The notes beneath the pieces are model-generated. The model made no database searches and was not told the DNA's origin. It worked only from the letters and a program-made list of their open reading frames with translations. Shown piece after piece: positions 27,163-36,491 of a stretch of DNA of 64,000 nucleotides. The DNA comes from a virus (taxonomy: Duplodnaviria > Caudoviricetes): the IMG/VR virus record IMGVR_UViG_3300011008_000043, positions 1 to 64,000 of that record; one strand, written 5' to 3'. Made by a program: the position numbers and the translations under genes. Each line of letters starts with the position of its first letter. Within the stretch, counting starts at the first letter, position 1.

Positions 27163-27440
27163 GCGGGACATACCTCCAATCATAATGGGACAGGGACGGG
27201 ACAACTCACTTTGTCCCATCATTGTCCCACGGGACAAATACGGGACATACGCGGGACAGGGACGGGACACCACGGGACAAAAGCGGGACAATGCGGGACA
27301 GGGACGGACAGGGGACGGGACAGGGACGGGACAGGGACGCACCGTACCTTAACCATAGTAGTAGTAGAGAATAATAATACGTTTATATTATATATAATAA
27401 TATAATAAAGAAAGAACGCGCGCGTGCGCGAGGGAATGCC
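27132..27440. repeat. GGGAC(A) repeat array followed by an AT-rich tract and a CG-alternating run (origin-like)
   Basis: About 20 forward and 2 inverted GGGAC copies. CGGGACA starts at 27230, 27241, 27252, 27263, 27273, 27284, 27294. AT-rich tract at about 27365-27415. Confidence 0.8.
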
Positions 27441-27499
27441 TCTACGACCTCAGAAGCACAGGGATGCACCCCCATCGGACAGCGGCAGCGGAGAAGGCA

Positions 27500-27883
27500 T
27501 CATGCTGTTGCGCTTGACGTAATCCCCTGTTCAGCCTTGGCAAGGCGCAGCTCTTCGACGGCTTTGTTGGCGACGACGATTTTCCCCTCGTGCGGAAGCG
27601 AACGGAAAGTGCGCAGCAGGAAAGCCTCTTCTTCCGACAGCTCAACATAGGTATCCGGGATTTTCGGAGTAGCGATCTCCTGCCCATTGATGAGCCAAAG
27701 AGGATGGATGTCGAGACATTCTGCAATAGGGCCGACATACGAGGCCGGGAAATCGCCGCCACGGTTAATCCATGAATTCAGGGTGGTGGGAGGAATGCCA
27801 ATGTAATCTGCGAGGGCTTTTTTCTGAATCTTCTTCTCAGTCAAAACTTGGTTTATGCGTTGTGCTGGGGTCAGACCATCCAT
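27500..27883 (-). CDS. CI-like XRE-family repressor
   Basis: N-terminal HTH 'QKALADYIGIPPTTLNSWIN...IAECLDIHPLWLING'; divergent from the early operon. Confidence 0.85.
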   Translation of the reverse strand: MDGLTPAQRINQVLTEKKIQKKALADYIGIPPTTLNSWINRGGDFPASYVGPIAECLDIHPLWLINGQEIATPKIPDTYVELSEEEAFLLRTFRSLPHEGKIVVANKAVEELRLAKAEQGITSSATA

Positions 27884-28010
27884 GATTTGCGTCCTCCTTT
27901 GAAAATTTTTTCGAAAATTCTAATTTTCGTGTTGACAAATACGCAAAAAGGATTATAATTGGACACGCCGATACGAAATTTCGCACGATAATGCGAATTC
28001 GCGGAGGCTC
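27884..28010 (+). promoter_or_regulatory. Divergent immunity-region promoter/operators
   Basis: TTGACA (27932)-16 nt-TATAAT (27954). Palindrome-like TACGAAATTTCGCA and TTTTCG/CGAAAA half-sites. Confidence 0.7.
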
Positions 28011-28148
28011 ACCAGTGGGCTCTCTTGGGCGGTGGCACCGTGCGGTACGCGGAGACACCGGAAAGCCTCGGTACAGCGAATGATTCATTGTACCATATTT
28101 TTTGCGAATAAGCAAAACGAAAATGTGCCGGGAAGGGAGGAAATCAGG

Positions 28149-28370
28149 ATGAGAGGCGGAGTGGTCTATGACCGGACGTGGATGGAAGCGAAGCGGAATA
28201 CCATGAAACTGACACAGACTGAGGTTGCGAAAGCAGCGAAGACAAGCGTGAGCAACTACAGTCGCGTGGAAAAGGGCCTGTACACGCCGGACGTTAAGAC
28301 CGGGCTTCGCATCTGCGACGCTCTGAGGGAGAACCCCAGACGATTCTTGGAAGAGAAGCCCATCATCTAA
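28149..28370 (+). CDS. Cro-like HTH protein
   Basis: 'LTQTEVAKAAKTSVSNYSRVEKG..TPDV...ICDAL'. Confidence 0.8.
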   Translation: MRGGVVYDRTWMEAKRNTMKLTQTEVAKAAKTSVSNYSRVEKGLYTPDVKTGLRICDALRENPRRFLEEKPII

Positions 28371-28403
28371 CGACGAAAAACGACAGGAAGGAGGCAAAGG
28401 AAG

Positions 28404-28994
28404 GTGGTCAAAAACCGGATTCGAGTGATGCTCGCAGAAGCGAACACCAGTGCGGCGAAGCTGGCAGAAAAGATGCCGGGAATGAACAAGGTATGCATGA
28501 GCTTTATTCAACAGGGCATCGCGCTCCCGACAAGGGAAGGCATGGAGGCCATGTGTGAAGAGCTGGAATGCAAGGCCACGGACATTTACGACGAAAAGGA
28601 ACTCGACCTGAACGTGACGCGGGAAACGGAACGGAAAGCTACAAAGGAAGAAGCCTACGAAATGGCGAGGGACAAAATCACGATTAACCCGGACGACGAA
28701 CAGGTCACAATCCCGCTGAACTCCCTCGAAGCCCCGGTCAGGCAGAGAGTGGAGAAGCGGAACCACGGACACGAGAATCAGGAACGCGTATTCTTCTGGT
28801 TCGCATCGGACGAAAAAGCCGCATTGGTCAAAGCGGTGGAAGGTCTTGGGTACAGAAACCTGACGGAATGGATGCGGGAAATGTACAGGATGACCCTGAA
28901 GCAATACGCAGCCCTGAAGCTGGAAGGAAAGACGCTGCACGAATTGATTCCCCCTCTCGTGTCGCAGAACTCCTTAGCGACGGAGAAAGCATAA
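28404..28994 (+). CDS. HTH-containing regulatory protein
   Basis: N-terminal XRE-like HTH, GTG start. Confidence 0.6.
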   Translation: MVKNRIRVMLAEANTSAAKLAEKMPGMNKVCMSFIQQGIALPTREGMEAMCEELECKATDIYDEKELDLNVTRETERKATKEEAYEMARDKITINPDDEQVTIPLNSLEAPVRQRVEKRNHGHENQERVFFWFASDEKAALVKAVEGLGYRNLTEWMREMYRMTLKQYAALKLEGKTLHELIPPLVSQNSLATEKA

Positions 28995-29015
28995 CATCGT
29001 CGGGAGGAATACGAA

Positions 29016-29462
29016 ATGGCGGTGTTTACAGGAACTGACCTGCGAAAGTGGCGGGAGTCGCAGCAGATCAGCGCAGCAGACCTCGCGGAACGCATTTCCT
29101 GCGACACGACGACGATATATCGCTATGAGAGCGGGAAGATGAAGCCGAATCCCGACGTAATGTGGGAGATATGCGATGCGCTGGGTGACACGGGAGTATG
29201 GGTCAACTGGATGCGGACAGAATATCCAGCGAGCTTCGGAAGAGAATTCCCGGAAATGCCGATATGCGATCTGAAAGGCGCACTGCTGATGGCGTTCTCG
29301 GAGCTGGAAGATGCGCTGGAGTTGCGGAAGGAAGCGATGAAAGACGGCGCAGACGGACAGATCGACAATCCGCAGCTGAAGCAAGAGGTCGAGAAGGAAT
29401 TGACAGAGGTTATACAGGCAGCGCAGAGGGTGGTCAATCTGCTGAAAGGGAGGCCGAAATGA
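29016..29462 (+). CDS. XRE-family HTH protein
   Basis: 'LRKWRESQQISAADLAERISCDTTTIYRYESGK'. Confidence 0.8.
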   Translation: MAVFTGTDLRKWRESQQISAADLAERISCDTTTIYRYESGKMKPNPDVMWEICDALGDTGVWVNWMRTEYPASFGREFPEMPICDLKGALLMAFSELEDALELRKEAMKDGADGQIDNPQLKQEVEKELTEVIQAAQRVVNLLKGRPK

Positions 29463-29650
29463 AAACGGAGAAACGGTATTACAGCACAGCGGAAGTTCAG
29501 ATCATTCTTTCCTGCGGAAGGACGAAAGCCAATGAGATCATGCACATGTTTGAGAAGCGTGGGAAGCTGTTCCGGATTGGAAACATGATGCGAGTTGAGA
29601 AAAAGGCTTTCGATGATTTTATTAAACAGCACACGGCAAAATCCGCGTGA
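29459..29650 (+). CDS. Excisionase-like HTH protein
   Basis: 'YYSTAEVQIILSCGRTKANEIM...LFRIGNMMRVEK'. Confidence 0.7.
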   Translation: MKTEKRYYSTAEVQIILSCGRTKANEIMHMFEKRGKLFRIGNMMRVEKKAFDDFIKQHTAKSA

Positions 29651-29653
29651 TGG

Positions 29654-30100
29654 ATGGAGGAAACCATGGAACAAATTGAGAGAGCAACGGTCATGCTCCG
29701 AAAGAGCAGCAACAGAGAAGACCGACTCCGACAGGCGATGATCGATGGGCTTGTCAGACGGGAAGTGCAGCAGGATATCGAGGCTACGCTACAGGAAGTG
29801 GGCGAAGCGAGAAACAGAGCAGCGCAGATGGAAGCGCAGGCGAAAGCGGTAACGCGGCAGCTCGATCAGGCGAAGGCCCAGATCAACGATATGAGCTGGC
29901 ATATCACAGACCTGAAACGGCAAGCGCAGGAAAGAGCAGAGCATTACAGGCAGCTCGAATACGATTACCAGAAGCGGCAGAGGATAGTTCAGGGTCTGAA
30001 GGAAGGGCTACAGATAGCCGCGATGGCGGTAACGGCGATTGCCGTTCTGGTCGGGATTGATGTACTGGGTCGAATTGTTTACGGATTACTGATGCACTAA
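29654..30100 (+). CDS. Coiled-coil protein with a C-terminal transmembrane segment
   Basis: Heptad-rich body and hydrophobic C-terminus. Confidence 0.5.
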   Translation: MEETMEQIERATVMLRKSSNREDRLRQAMIDGLVRREVQQDIEATLQEVGEARNRAAQMEAQAKAVTRQLDQAKAQINDMSWHITDLKRQAQERAEHYRQLEYDYQKRQRIVQGLKEGLQIAAMAVTAIAVLVGIDVLGRIVYGLLMH

Positions 30101-30111
30101 GGAGGGAAAAC

Positions 30112-32082
30112 ATGAGACTGTCACTGGAAAAAATCCGAATCGAGAATTTCAAAGGGATTCGGGAACTGAGCATCGACTTTGGGGCCGAACAGACGGCAAT
30201 CGCGGCCCGGAACGGATGCGGAAAGAGCAGCATCGCAGACGCATTTACGTGGGTGCTGTTCAATAAGGATTCCCACGGCAACGCTCCCGGAAGCGATAAT
30301 TTCCGCGAGAAGCCGCTGGATGAAAACGGCGCAGAGGTTCACAACCTCGAAACGGTGGTTGAGCTGGATTGTACGCTGGATGGGCAGCGTTTCAGCCTGA
30401 AGAGGGCGCAGAAAGAGAACTGGGTCAAGAAGCGCGGCAGCACGAATCCTGAATTCAAGGGCAACGAAAGCCGCTACTGGATTAACGATGTGGAGACAAA
30501 ACTGAGTGACTTCAAGGCCAGAATCTCCCAGATCGTGCCGGAAGAGATTTTCAGACTGATTGGAACGCTTGCGGCATTCAATGCACAGGACTGGAAGAAA
30601 CGGCGCGAGCAGCTTCTCAACCTGACGGGTGGTGAAGTAGACGGTAGGCTGCTGGCGATGGACGAATACAGACCGCTGGCAGATGAGTGCGGGCAGCGGA
30701 ACATCAGCATCGACGAACTGAAAAAGGTGCTGATGGATCAGCGGAAAAAGATGAACGCGGAAATCAACGGAATCCCGATTCGGATTGATGAAGCGAGGAA
30801 AGCACTGCCGGAATTCGCGAAGGACGAAATCGACACGGCAGAATACATCATCAAAGAGAACACGAAAGATATCGAGCATATTGACGAACTGATTGCCGTA
30901 GAGAAGGCGAAGGTCAACCGGGAAAGCCATGCATCACAGATCGCGGCATTGGAACAGGAAGAAGCAAGCCTGATGCGGCAGGCATCCAGCGACTGGGCAG
31001 CGGGCCATCGGGAACTACAGAGGCGCAGAGACGAAGCGTCAGAGGATTTCCGCAAGACGATTGAGCAGAAAACGTCGGATGAACGGCGGTACGAGCTGAT
31101 GAAGAAGCAGCACGAAACCGCGAAATCGGAGCTGAACAGGCTCAGAGGGCAGTACAAGACGACGAAAGATGAAATGTTCGTGTGGGCCGATGAAGGAAAG
31201 AACGTCTGCCCGACGTGCGGACAGGAAATCCCCGCAGAACTGCTGGAAAAGAAAAAGGCGGTCGCCAGCGAGGTTTACGCGCAGGAAAAGACGATCAAGC
31301 TCAATGCGCTGAAGGAAAACGGAAAAGCGAAGGCTGAAGAGGTCGCGCTGATCGAAGCGAATATGCAGAAGGTTGAAGCGGAGATCGAAGAAGCGAACAC
31401 AAAGCTGAAGAAGGCAGAAGAGGCCCGCGACAAGGTGTCAGAAGAGCTGAAAGTATATCCGACTGAACCGAAATTCGACAACCCCCGGATTGAGGAAATC
31501 CGCACGGAAATCGCGAAGATGCGCGAGTTGGACGCGAGGGTGGCTCCGCTGGACACAAAGGGATATGAAGAGCGGAAAGCCTACCTGACAAATCAGATCA
31601 CAGAAAAGCGGGCCGTTCTGGCACGGCGCGACGCGGGAAAAGAGACGGAGAAGCGGATTGCGGAGCTGGAAGCAGAACAGAAAAAGCTCGGAGGCCGGAT
31701 GGCAGAGCTGGAACAGCTCATCGCACTGACGGAGAAATTCGTAACGGAACGGTGTTCCGCGCTGGAAGAGAGCATCAACGAGAAATTCCCCACGGTACGC
31801 TGGAAGCTGTTCGATACCCAGATCAACGGCGGGATTGTGGATGTCTGCGAGGCAAAGGTCAACTGCGACGGGCATTACGTACCGTACAGCACGGCAAACA
31901 CGGCAGCACAGGTACACGCGGACATTGAGATTGTGGACGTACTCAGCAAGGCCTACGACGTGAGGATTCCGCTGTTCGTGGACAACGCGGAGCGGTGCAA
32001 TCACATTCCGAAGATCGATTCCCAGATTATCACGATGGCAGTAAGCACAGACGAAAACATCACGATTAAGGAGGTCGCGTAA
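30112..32082 (+). CDS. SbcC/Rad50-like (SMC-type) AAA ATPase
   Basis: Walker A 'ARNGCGKSS', central zinc hook 'CPTCGQ', long coiled coils, Walker B 'LFVDNAE'. Confidence 0.85.
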   Translation: MRLSLEKIRIENFKGIRELSIDFGAEQTAIAARNGCGKSSIADAFTWVLFNKDSHGNAPGSDNFREKPLDENGAEVHNLETVVELDCTLDGQRFSLKRAQKENWVKKRGSTNPEFKGNESRYWINDVETKLSDFKARISQIVPEEIFRLIGTLAAFNAQDWKKRREQLLNLTGGEVDGRLLAMDEYRPLADECGQRNISIDELKKVLMDQRKKMNAEINGIPIRIDEARKALPEFAKDEIDTAEYIIKENTKDIEHIDELIAVEKAKVNRESHASQIAALEQEEASLMRQASSDWAAGHRELQRRRDEASEDFRKTIEQKTSDERRYELMKKQHETAKSELNRLRGQYKTTKDEMFVWADEGKNVCPTCGQEIPAELLEKKKAVASEVYAQEKTIKLNALKENGKAKAEEVALIEANMQKVEAEIEEANTKLKKAEEARDKVSEELKVYPTEPKFDNPRIEEIRTEIAKMRELDARVAPLDTKGYEERKAYLTNQITEKRAVLARRDAGKETEKRIAELEAEQKKLGGRMAELEQLIALTEKFVTERCSALEESINEKFPTVRWKLFDTQINGGIVDVCEAKVNCDGHYVPYSTANTAAQVHADIEIVDVLSKAYDVRIPLFVDNAERCNHIPKIDSQIITMAVSTDENITIKEVA

Positions 32083-32083
32083 T

Positions 32084-33163
32084 ATGGCAGAGGAAAACAC
32101 GAACATCGCCACGACGGAGCAGGAAATGAAAGCATCCGCGAGCGAGCGATTCACCAATATGGTGATGGCGAAATATAACGACATCGGAAGCGCACATCAG
32201 TTTACAGAGCGGGAAAAGATGCTGATACGGAATTATTTCATCTGCATCGATCAGACGTTGGCAGCGGCAGAAGAGGCCCGGATTCGGAAGAATGAATCCA
32301 ATACCGATCATGAGAAGTGGGACAACCCCCTCCCCTACAGCTGGAAGACGATTGACCTGCCCGCGCTGGCGCAGGATTTAGCGCACTACGCGCACGTAGG
32401 GCTGGACATGATGGAAGGCAATACGCTGTTCGCTATCCCGTACAAAGACAACAAAAGGAACCTGTACACCATTACGCTGATGGAGGGATACAACGGCATC
32501 CGGTATCAGGCAGAGAAGTACGCGCTCGACCCGTTCAGGGCGGTGACGGTGGAAGTCATTTATGAGAATGACCGGTTCGTACCGCTGAAGAAGAGTCACA
32601 GCAACCCGATTGAATCCTACGAGTTCGAGATTCCGAAACCTTTCGACAGGGGACGGCCCATTGGCGTGTTCGGATACATCGAATATGTTGACAGCGCAAA
32701 GAACAAGCTGCTGATGTTCAATGAGAATGACGTAATGAAGCGTAAGCCGAAATACGCGGCAGCGGAATTCTGGGGAGGAAAGAAGGAAGAGTACAAGTAC
32801 AACCCGGAAACGAAAAAGCGCGAGAAGCAGCAGGTGGAGATTGACGGATGGCTCCCGGAAATGTTTGAGAAGACGATGAAGCGGGCCATCTATGGAAGCA
32901 AGAATATCCCGCGTGACCCGGCGAAGATCGACGAAAGCTACAGGTATATCAGGAACCGGGAAGCTCAGTTCGCTGATTACGTGGTAGAGGCCGAGGTAAG
33001 CGAGAACGCAAACGGCGCAGCGGTGGTGCTGCCGGAAGCCCCGAAAGCATTACCGGAAGCAGAGGTCATCGAGGTTCCGCAGGAAAAGCCGGAACAGGAA
33101 CCGCCTGCGAAGAGTCCGGTACAGGTGGCGATGGATGAAGCCTCGGATGAGATTCCCTTCTGA
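32084..33163 (+). CDS. RecT-like single-strand annealing recombinase
   Basis: 'YAHVGLDMM....FAIPY', 'EGYNG', 'AVTVEVIYENDRF', 'W..EM..KT' pattern; located between the ATPase and the exonuclease. Confidence 0.75.
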   Translation: MAEENTNIATTEQEMKASASERFTNMVMAKYNDIGSAHQFTEREKMLIRNYFICIDQTLAAAEEARIRKNESNTDHEKWDNPLPYSWKTIDLPALAQDLAHYAHVGLDMMEGNTLFAIPYKDNKRNLYTITLMEGYNGIRYQAEKYALDPFRAVTVEVIYENDRFVPLKKSHSNPIESYEFEIPKPFDRGRPIGVFGYIEYVDSAKNKLLMFNENDVMKRKPKYAAAEFWGGKKEEYKYNPETKKREKQQVEIDGWLPEMFEKTMKRAIYGSKNIPRDPAKIDESYRYIRNREAQFADYVVEAEVSENANGAAVVLPEAPKALPEAEVIEVPQEKPEQEPPAKSPVQVAMDEASDEIPF

Positions 33164-33918
33164 TGAAACTGACGGTACTTGGGACTGGCAGCAGCGGAAA
33201 CTGCTACGTGTTGGAAGCAGGAGGGGCAGACGGACAGCTCCTCCTGCTGGACGCGGGAATACCAGTAAAGCAGATCATGAGAGGCGTGAAGGGATGGAGC
33301 CGGATAGAGGGATGCCTGATAACGCACGAACACGGAGATCATGCAAAGGCAGCGGAGGAAATCGCCGCCCTCGGCATTCCGACATACGCGACGGCAGGCA
33401 CAATCAAGGGCATCGTCGGGAGTGGCAGTTTAACGCGGTTAAATACGTCTCTGGCTCTACGAGCGGAGCAGGTAGGGCAATTCACCATTATGCCGTTTGA
33501 AACGCAGCACGACGCAAATGAACCATGTGGATGGCTCATCAGGTATAACCCGACGCAGGAAACGGTGATTTACGCGACGGACACGTACTACCTGAAGCAG
33601 ACGTTTCCCGGAGTGAATTACTGGATTGTGGAGTGCAATTACGTTGAGAGCATCATGAACGAACAGCAGGAAAGCGGAGAGCTGACACCGGAACTACGGA
33701 ACCGGCTAATAAAGAGCCACATGAGTCTGAGACGGCTGTGCGATGCCTTAGAGGCGAACGACCTACACGCGACACGGGCAATCGTACTGGTTCACCTGAG
33801 CGACGAAAGAAGCGACGAAAAGCTGATGGTCGATACGGTGAAGCAGGCGACGGGGATAGACGATGTATGGGCCGCAGAGGCCGGAAAGACATACGAGCTG
33901 GAATTAGTACCATTTTGA
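33163..33918 (+). CDS. Metallo-beta-lactamase-fold nuclease
   Basis: 'GTGSSGNCY', 'LLDAG', 'THEHGDH', 'HDA', 'TDT', 'SHMS', 'HLS'. Confidence 0.88.
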   Translation: MKLTVLGTGSSGNCYVLEAGGADGQLLLLDAGIPVKQIMRGVKGWSRIEGCLITHEHGDHAKAAEEIAALGIPTYATAGTIKGIVGSGSLTRLNTSLALRAEQVGQFTIMPFETQHDANEPCGWLIRYNPTQETVIYATDTYYLKQTFPGVNYWIVECNYVESIMNEQQESGELTPELRNRLIKSHMSLRRLCDALEANDLHATRAIVLVHLSDERSDEKLMVDTVKQATGIDDVWAAEAGKTYELELVPF

Positions 33919-33935
33919 GCGACGGAGGCGCGGAA

Positions 33936-34706
33936 ATGGCATGGATAGAATTACACCAGTCGCTGATAACGCATAAGAAAACGCGACGGCTTACCAGAAA
34001 GCTGGGACTGGAATATCCGGCAGAATTGCCGGAAACAATCGGTCATCTTTGCCTGTTCTGGCTGTGGTGCGTAGACGGTACAGAGAACGGCGACCTGACT
34101 GATCTCGATGCACAGGATATCGCAGACGCGGCAGGATGGACAGGTGACCCGGAAACGTTCTTTGGAGCGATGAAAGAAACCGGATTCATTGAAGACGTGG
34201 ACGGGAAAGTGATGATTCACGATTGGAGGGACTACATCGGAAAGCTGCTGGAACGACGGGAAGAAAGCCGCGAGAAGGAACGAAACCGGAAGCGGGATTA
34301 CAGACAGAGGATGAAGGCGAAGCAGACAGAGAATCCAACAGAGGATTACAGCCTCGAACTCGATATGGACAGCATCGACCCGGAATGGCTAAAGGTGGTG
34401 CAATGCTACGAGCATAACATCGGCCTGATACCGAACGGCAGTGCACTGGATGAATTGCAGCAGTCGATGGACAAGCTGGGCGCGGACGTTATATGCGAGG
34501 CGATTGTGATTACAAACAAAGCACAGGCAGACAACCCATGGAAGTATCTGAGGAAGATTATGCTGACGTGGGAAGAAAAGGGAATCGACACGTTGGAAAA
34601 AGCGCAGGCGTATACGAAAGACCTTGCGCGGAGACTTGAAAGCGCGAAAAAGCGAAGGCAACCGGAAGCCAGTGAACCTCCGGCAATATCCGGGAGCTTC
34701 TACTAA
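33936..34706 (+). CDS. Replication initiator/replisome organiser with a C-terminal DnaD domain
   Basis: 'MAWIELHQSL..HKKT', 'HDWRDY.GKL', and DnaD-like 'AIVI......WKYLRKIMLTWEEKGIDTLE'. Confidence 0.8.
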   Translation: MAWIELHQSLITHKKTRRLTRKLGLEYPAELPETIGHLCLFWLWCVDGTENGDLTDLDAQDIADAAGWTGDPETFFGAMKETGFIEDVDGKVMIHDWRDYIGKLLERREESREKERNRKRDYRQRMKAKQTENPTEDYSLELDMDSIDPEWLKVVQCYEHNIGLIPNGSALDELQQSMDKLGADVICEAIVITNKAQADNPWKYLRKIMLTWEEKGIDTLEKAQAYTKDLARRLESAKKRRQPEASEPPAISGSFY

Positions 34707-34717
34707 GGGAGGCAGGA

Positions 34718-36094
34718 ATGAACGATCAAGATCGAATGATGATTGCACAGGCATCACAGAACGGGAATGTTTCGCCGGAAGCAGAAGGAAGCCTGATCGG
34801 GAGTATCGTTTCTCGTTACGAGGATTGCGCTCATATCGTCTCCGAGCTTACGGAAGAGGATTTCTACTTTGAGGCATACGGAACGGCTCTGAGGGCCGTT
34901 AAACTCGCAAAGAATGATGGCCTCACGGTAGACCTTGTGACGGTAGAGCAGGAAGTACAGAAGATCAAGCCAGAAAAGGCCGGTGAAATCACGAACGCGA
35001 TCATATCAGCGCTGAACCACGCGGCCCCATGGGCAGCAGAGAGCCATTGCCGGATAGTGAAGGAACTGGCAGCGCGACGGAAAGCGACAGAATTGCTGGG
35101 CAAAATCGCGGAAAAGCTCAAAGACCCAACAGAAGACGTAAACGGAACGCTGGACGAACTGCGGACAAAGAGCAGCGAAATCCTCACGGGCGGGCATAAG
35201 TGGCACAGCATAGGCGACATTCTGATTGAGACGTACAACTACGTAGAACAGCGATACAAGGGCGAAATCAAGAGCATTCAAAGCGGAATTGGGAACCTCG
35301 ACAGGGTGATAGGTGGCTTCTTCGGAGGCGAACTGACGGTCATTGGAGCGAGGCCAGCGGTCGGCAAATCGGTGTTCGGGATGAACGTTGCACTGGCAGC
35401 AGCGCGACAGGGATACAGGGTCGGAATCGTGAGCCGGGAAATGACCGACATCCAGTACGGACAGAGAATCCTCTCCTACGCGAGCGGCGTGAACGGTTCA
35501 AAGATCAGGAAAGCAGAATTTGAAGAAGAGGACTGGATAAAGATGGCGCAGGCCCTCGGGCCAGCAGCGGCATTACCGGTCGAGTTCCTTTTCACGGTCA
35601 GAACCGTCGAAGAGCTGAGAGCAGAGGTACAGCGGAAACATAACCGGAAAGAGATCGACATGCTGGTGGTGGACTATTTGCAGCTCATGGACGCGGCACA
35701 GAAATACGACGCGGACAGGCTCAGAGTCGGCGCGATCAGCAAGGCACTGAAGGATATTTCAGTGGATTTCAAAATCCCGGTAATCGCGCTGGCTCAGGTA
35801 AAACGTTTCGCGGGCGGCGCAAGGGCAAGGATGCCTACGCTGGAAGACCTGAAGGACAGCGGAAGCATCGAGCAGGACGCGGATAACGTGATATTCCTGC
35901 ACAACCCATACGATGAAGAGGATGAGTTCGTAGACCCGAGGGACAAAGATTATTTCCAAGGGTACGTCCAGCAAGGGTATACGTACCAGTGCTTAGGGAT
36001 TGCAAAGCAGAGACAAGGCGTAACAGGCGTGTGCTGCATCCTGTTCGATAAACAGAAGATGCGATACATGATGATCGACAGGACAGGAGAGTGA
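34718..36094 (+). CDS. dnaB: Replicative DnaB-like helicase
   Basis: 'GARPAVGKS', 'VVDYLQLM', 'ISKALK', 'LAQ', 'DLKDSGSIEQDAD', 'IAKQRQG'. Confidence 0.92.
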   Translation: MNDQDRMMIAQASQNGNVSPEAEGSLIGSIVSRYEDCAHIVSELTEEDFYFEAYGTALRAVKLAKNDGLTVDLVTVEQEVQKIKPEKAGEITNAIISALNHAAPWAAESHCRIVKELAARRKATELLGKIAEKLKDPTEDVNGTLDELRTKSSEILTGGHKWHSIGDILIETYNYVEQRYKGEIKSIQSGIGNLDRVIGGFFGGELTVIGARPAVGKSVFGMNVALAAARQGYRVGIVSREMTDIQYGQRILSYASGVNGSKIRKAEFEEEDWIKMAQALGPAAALPVEFLFTVRTVEELRAEVQRKHNRKEIDMLVVDYLQLMDAAQKYDADRLRVGAISKALKDISVDFKIPVIALAQVKRFAGGARARMPTLEDLKDSGSIEQDADNVIFLHNPYDEEDEFVDPRDKDYFQGYVQQGYTYQCLGIAKQRQGVTGVCCILFDKQKMRYMMIDRTGE

Positions 36095-36098
36095 GAGC

Positions 36099-36491
36099 GT
36101 GAGGAAGGCGAAGCAAGCAATGCCGGTACCACCTGAGGCGGTGGAGCAAAAGACGCTGATGCAATGGGCGTTTTACAATTCGGCATCGCATCCAGAGTTG
36201 AAGCTGCTATACCACGTTCCGAATGAAGGACTGCGATCATACAGGACGGGCCGCGAGCTGAAAGAACAGGGAATGAAGGCAGGCGTACCGGACATCTGTT
36301 TACCGGTGGCAAGAGGCGGCTACCATGCGTTGTACATCGAAATGAAGCGCAGGAAGGGCGGCAAACTTTCGGAGGCGCAGCAGGATTGGCTCGACAAGCT
36401 GAACGAGGCCGGAAACCGGGCGGTAGTTTGCAAGGGCTGGGAAGAGGCAGCACAGGAAATCACCAGATACCTGAAGGGCGTGAGCGCATGA
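36099..36491 (+). CDS. VRR-NUC domain nuclease
   Basis: 'YHVPNEG', 'GMKAGVPDICL', 'LYIEMK...GG..S..Q..W'. Confidence 0.88.
   Translation: MRKAKQAMPVPPEAVEQKTLMQWAFYNSASHPELKLLYHVPNEGLRSYRTGRELKEQGMKAGVPDICLPVARGGYHALYIEMKRRKGGKLSEAQQDWLDKLNEAGNRAVVCKGWEEAAQEITRYLKGVSA

Noticed and set aside
27132-27340. CRISPR array, or protein-coding repeat ORFs (27149-27352, 27211-27405)
   Set aside because: Repeat units are only 5-7 nt with 4-6 nt gaps, not 25-45 nt repeats with unique spacers, and there are no cas genes. The small ORFs are by-products of the repeats.
30112-33918. SMC-like ATPase as a Wadjet/condensin-type defence system
   Set aside because: It sits with RecT and an MBL nuclease in the usual phage recombination module, and no kleisin or JetD-like partners are present.
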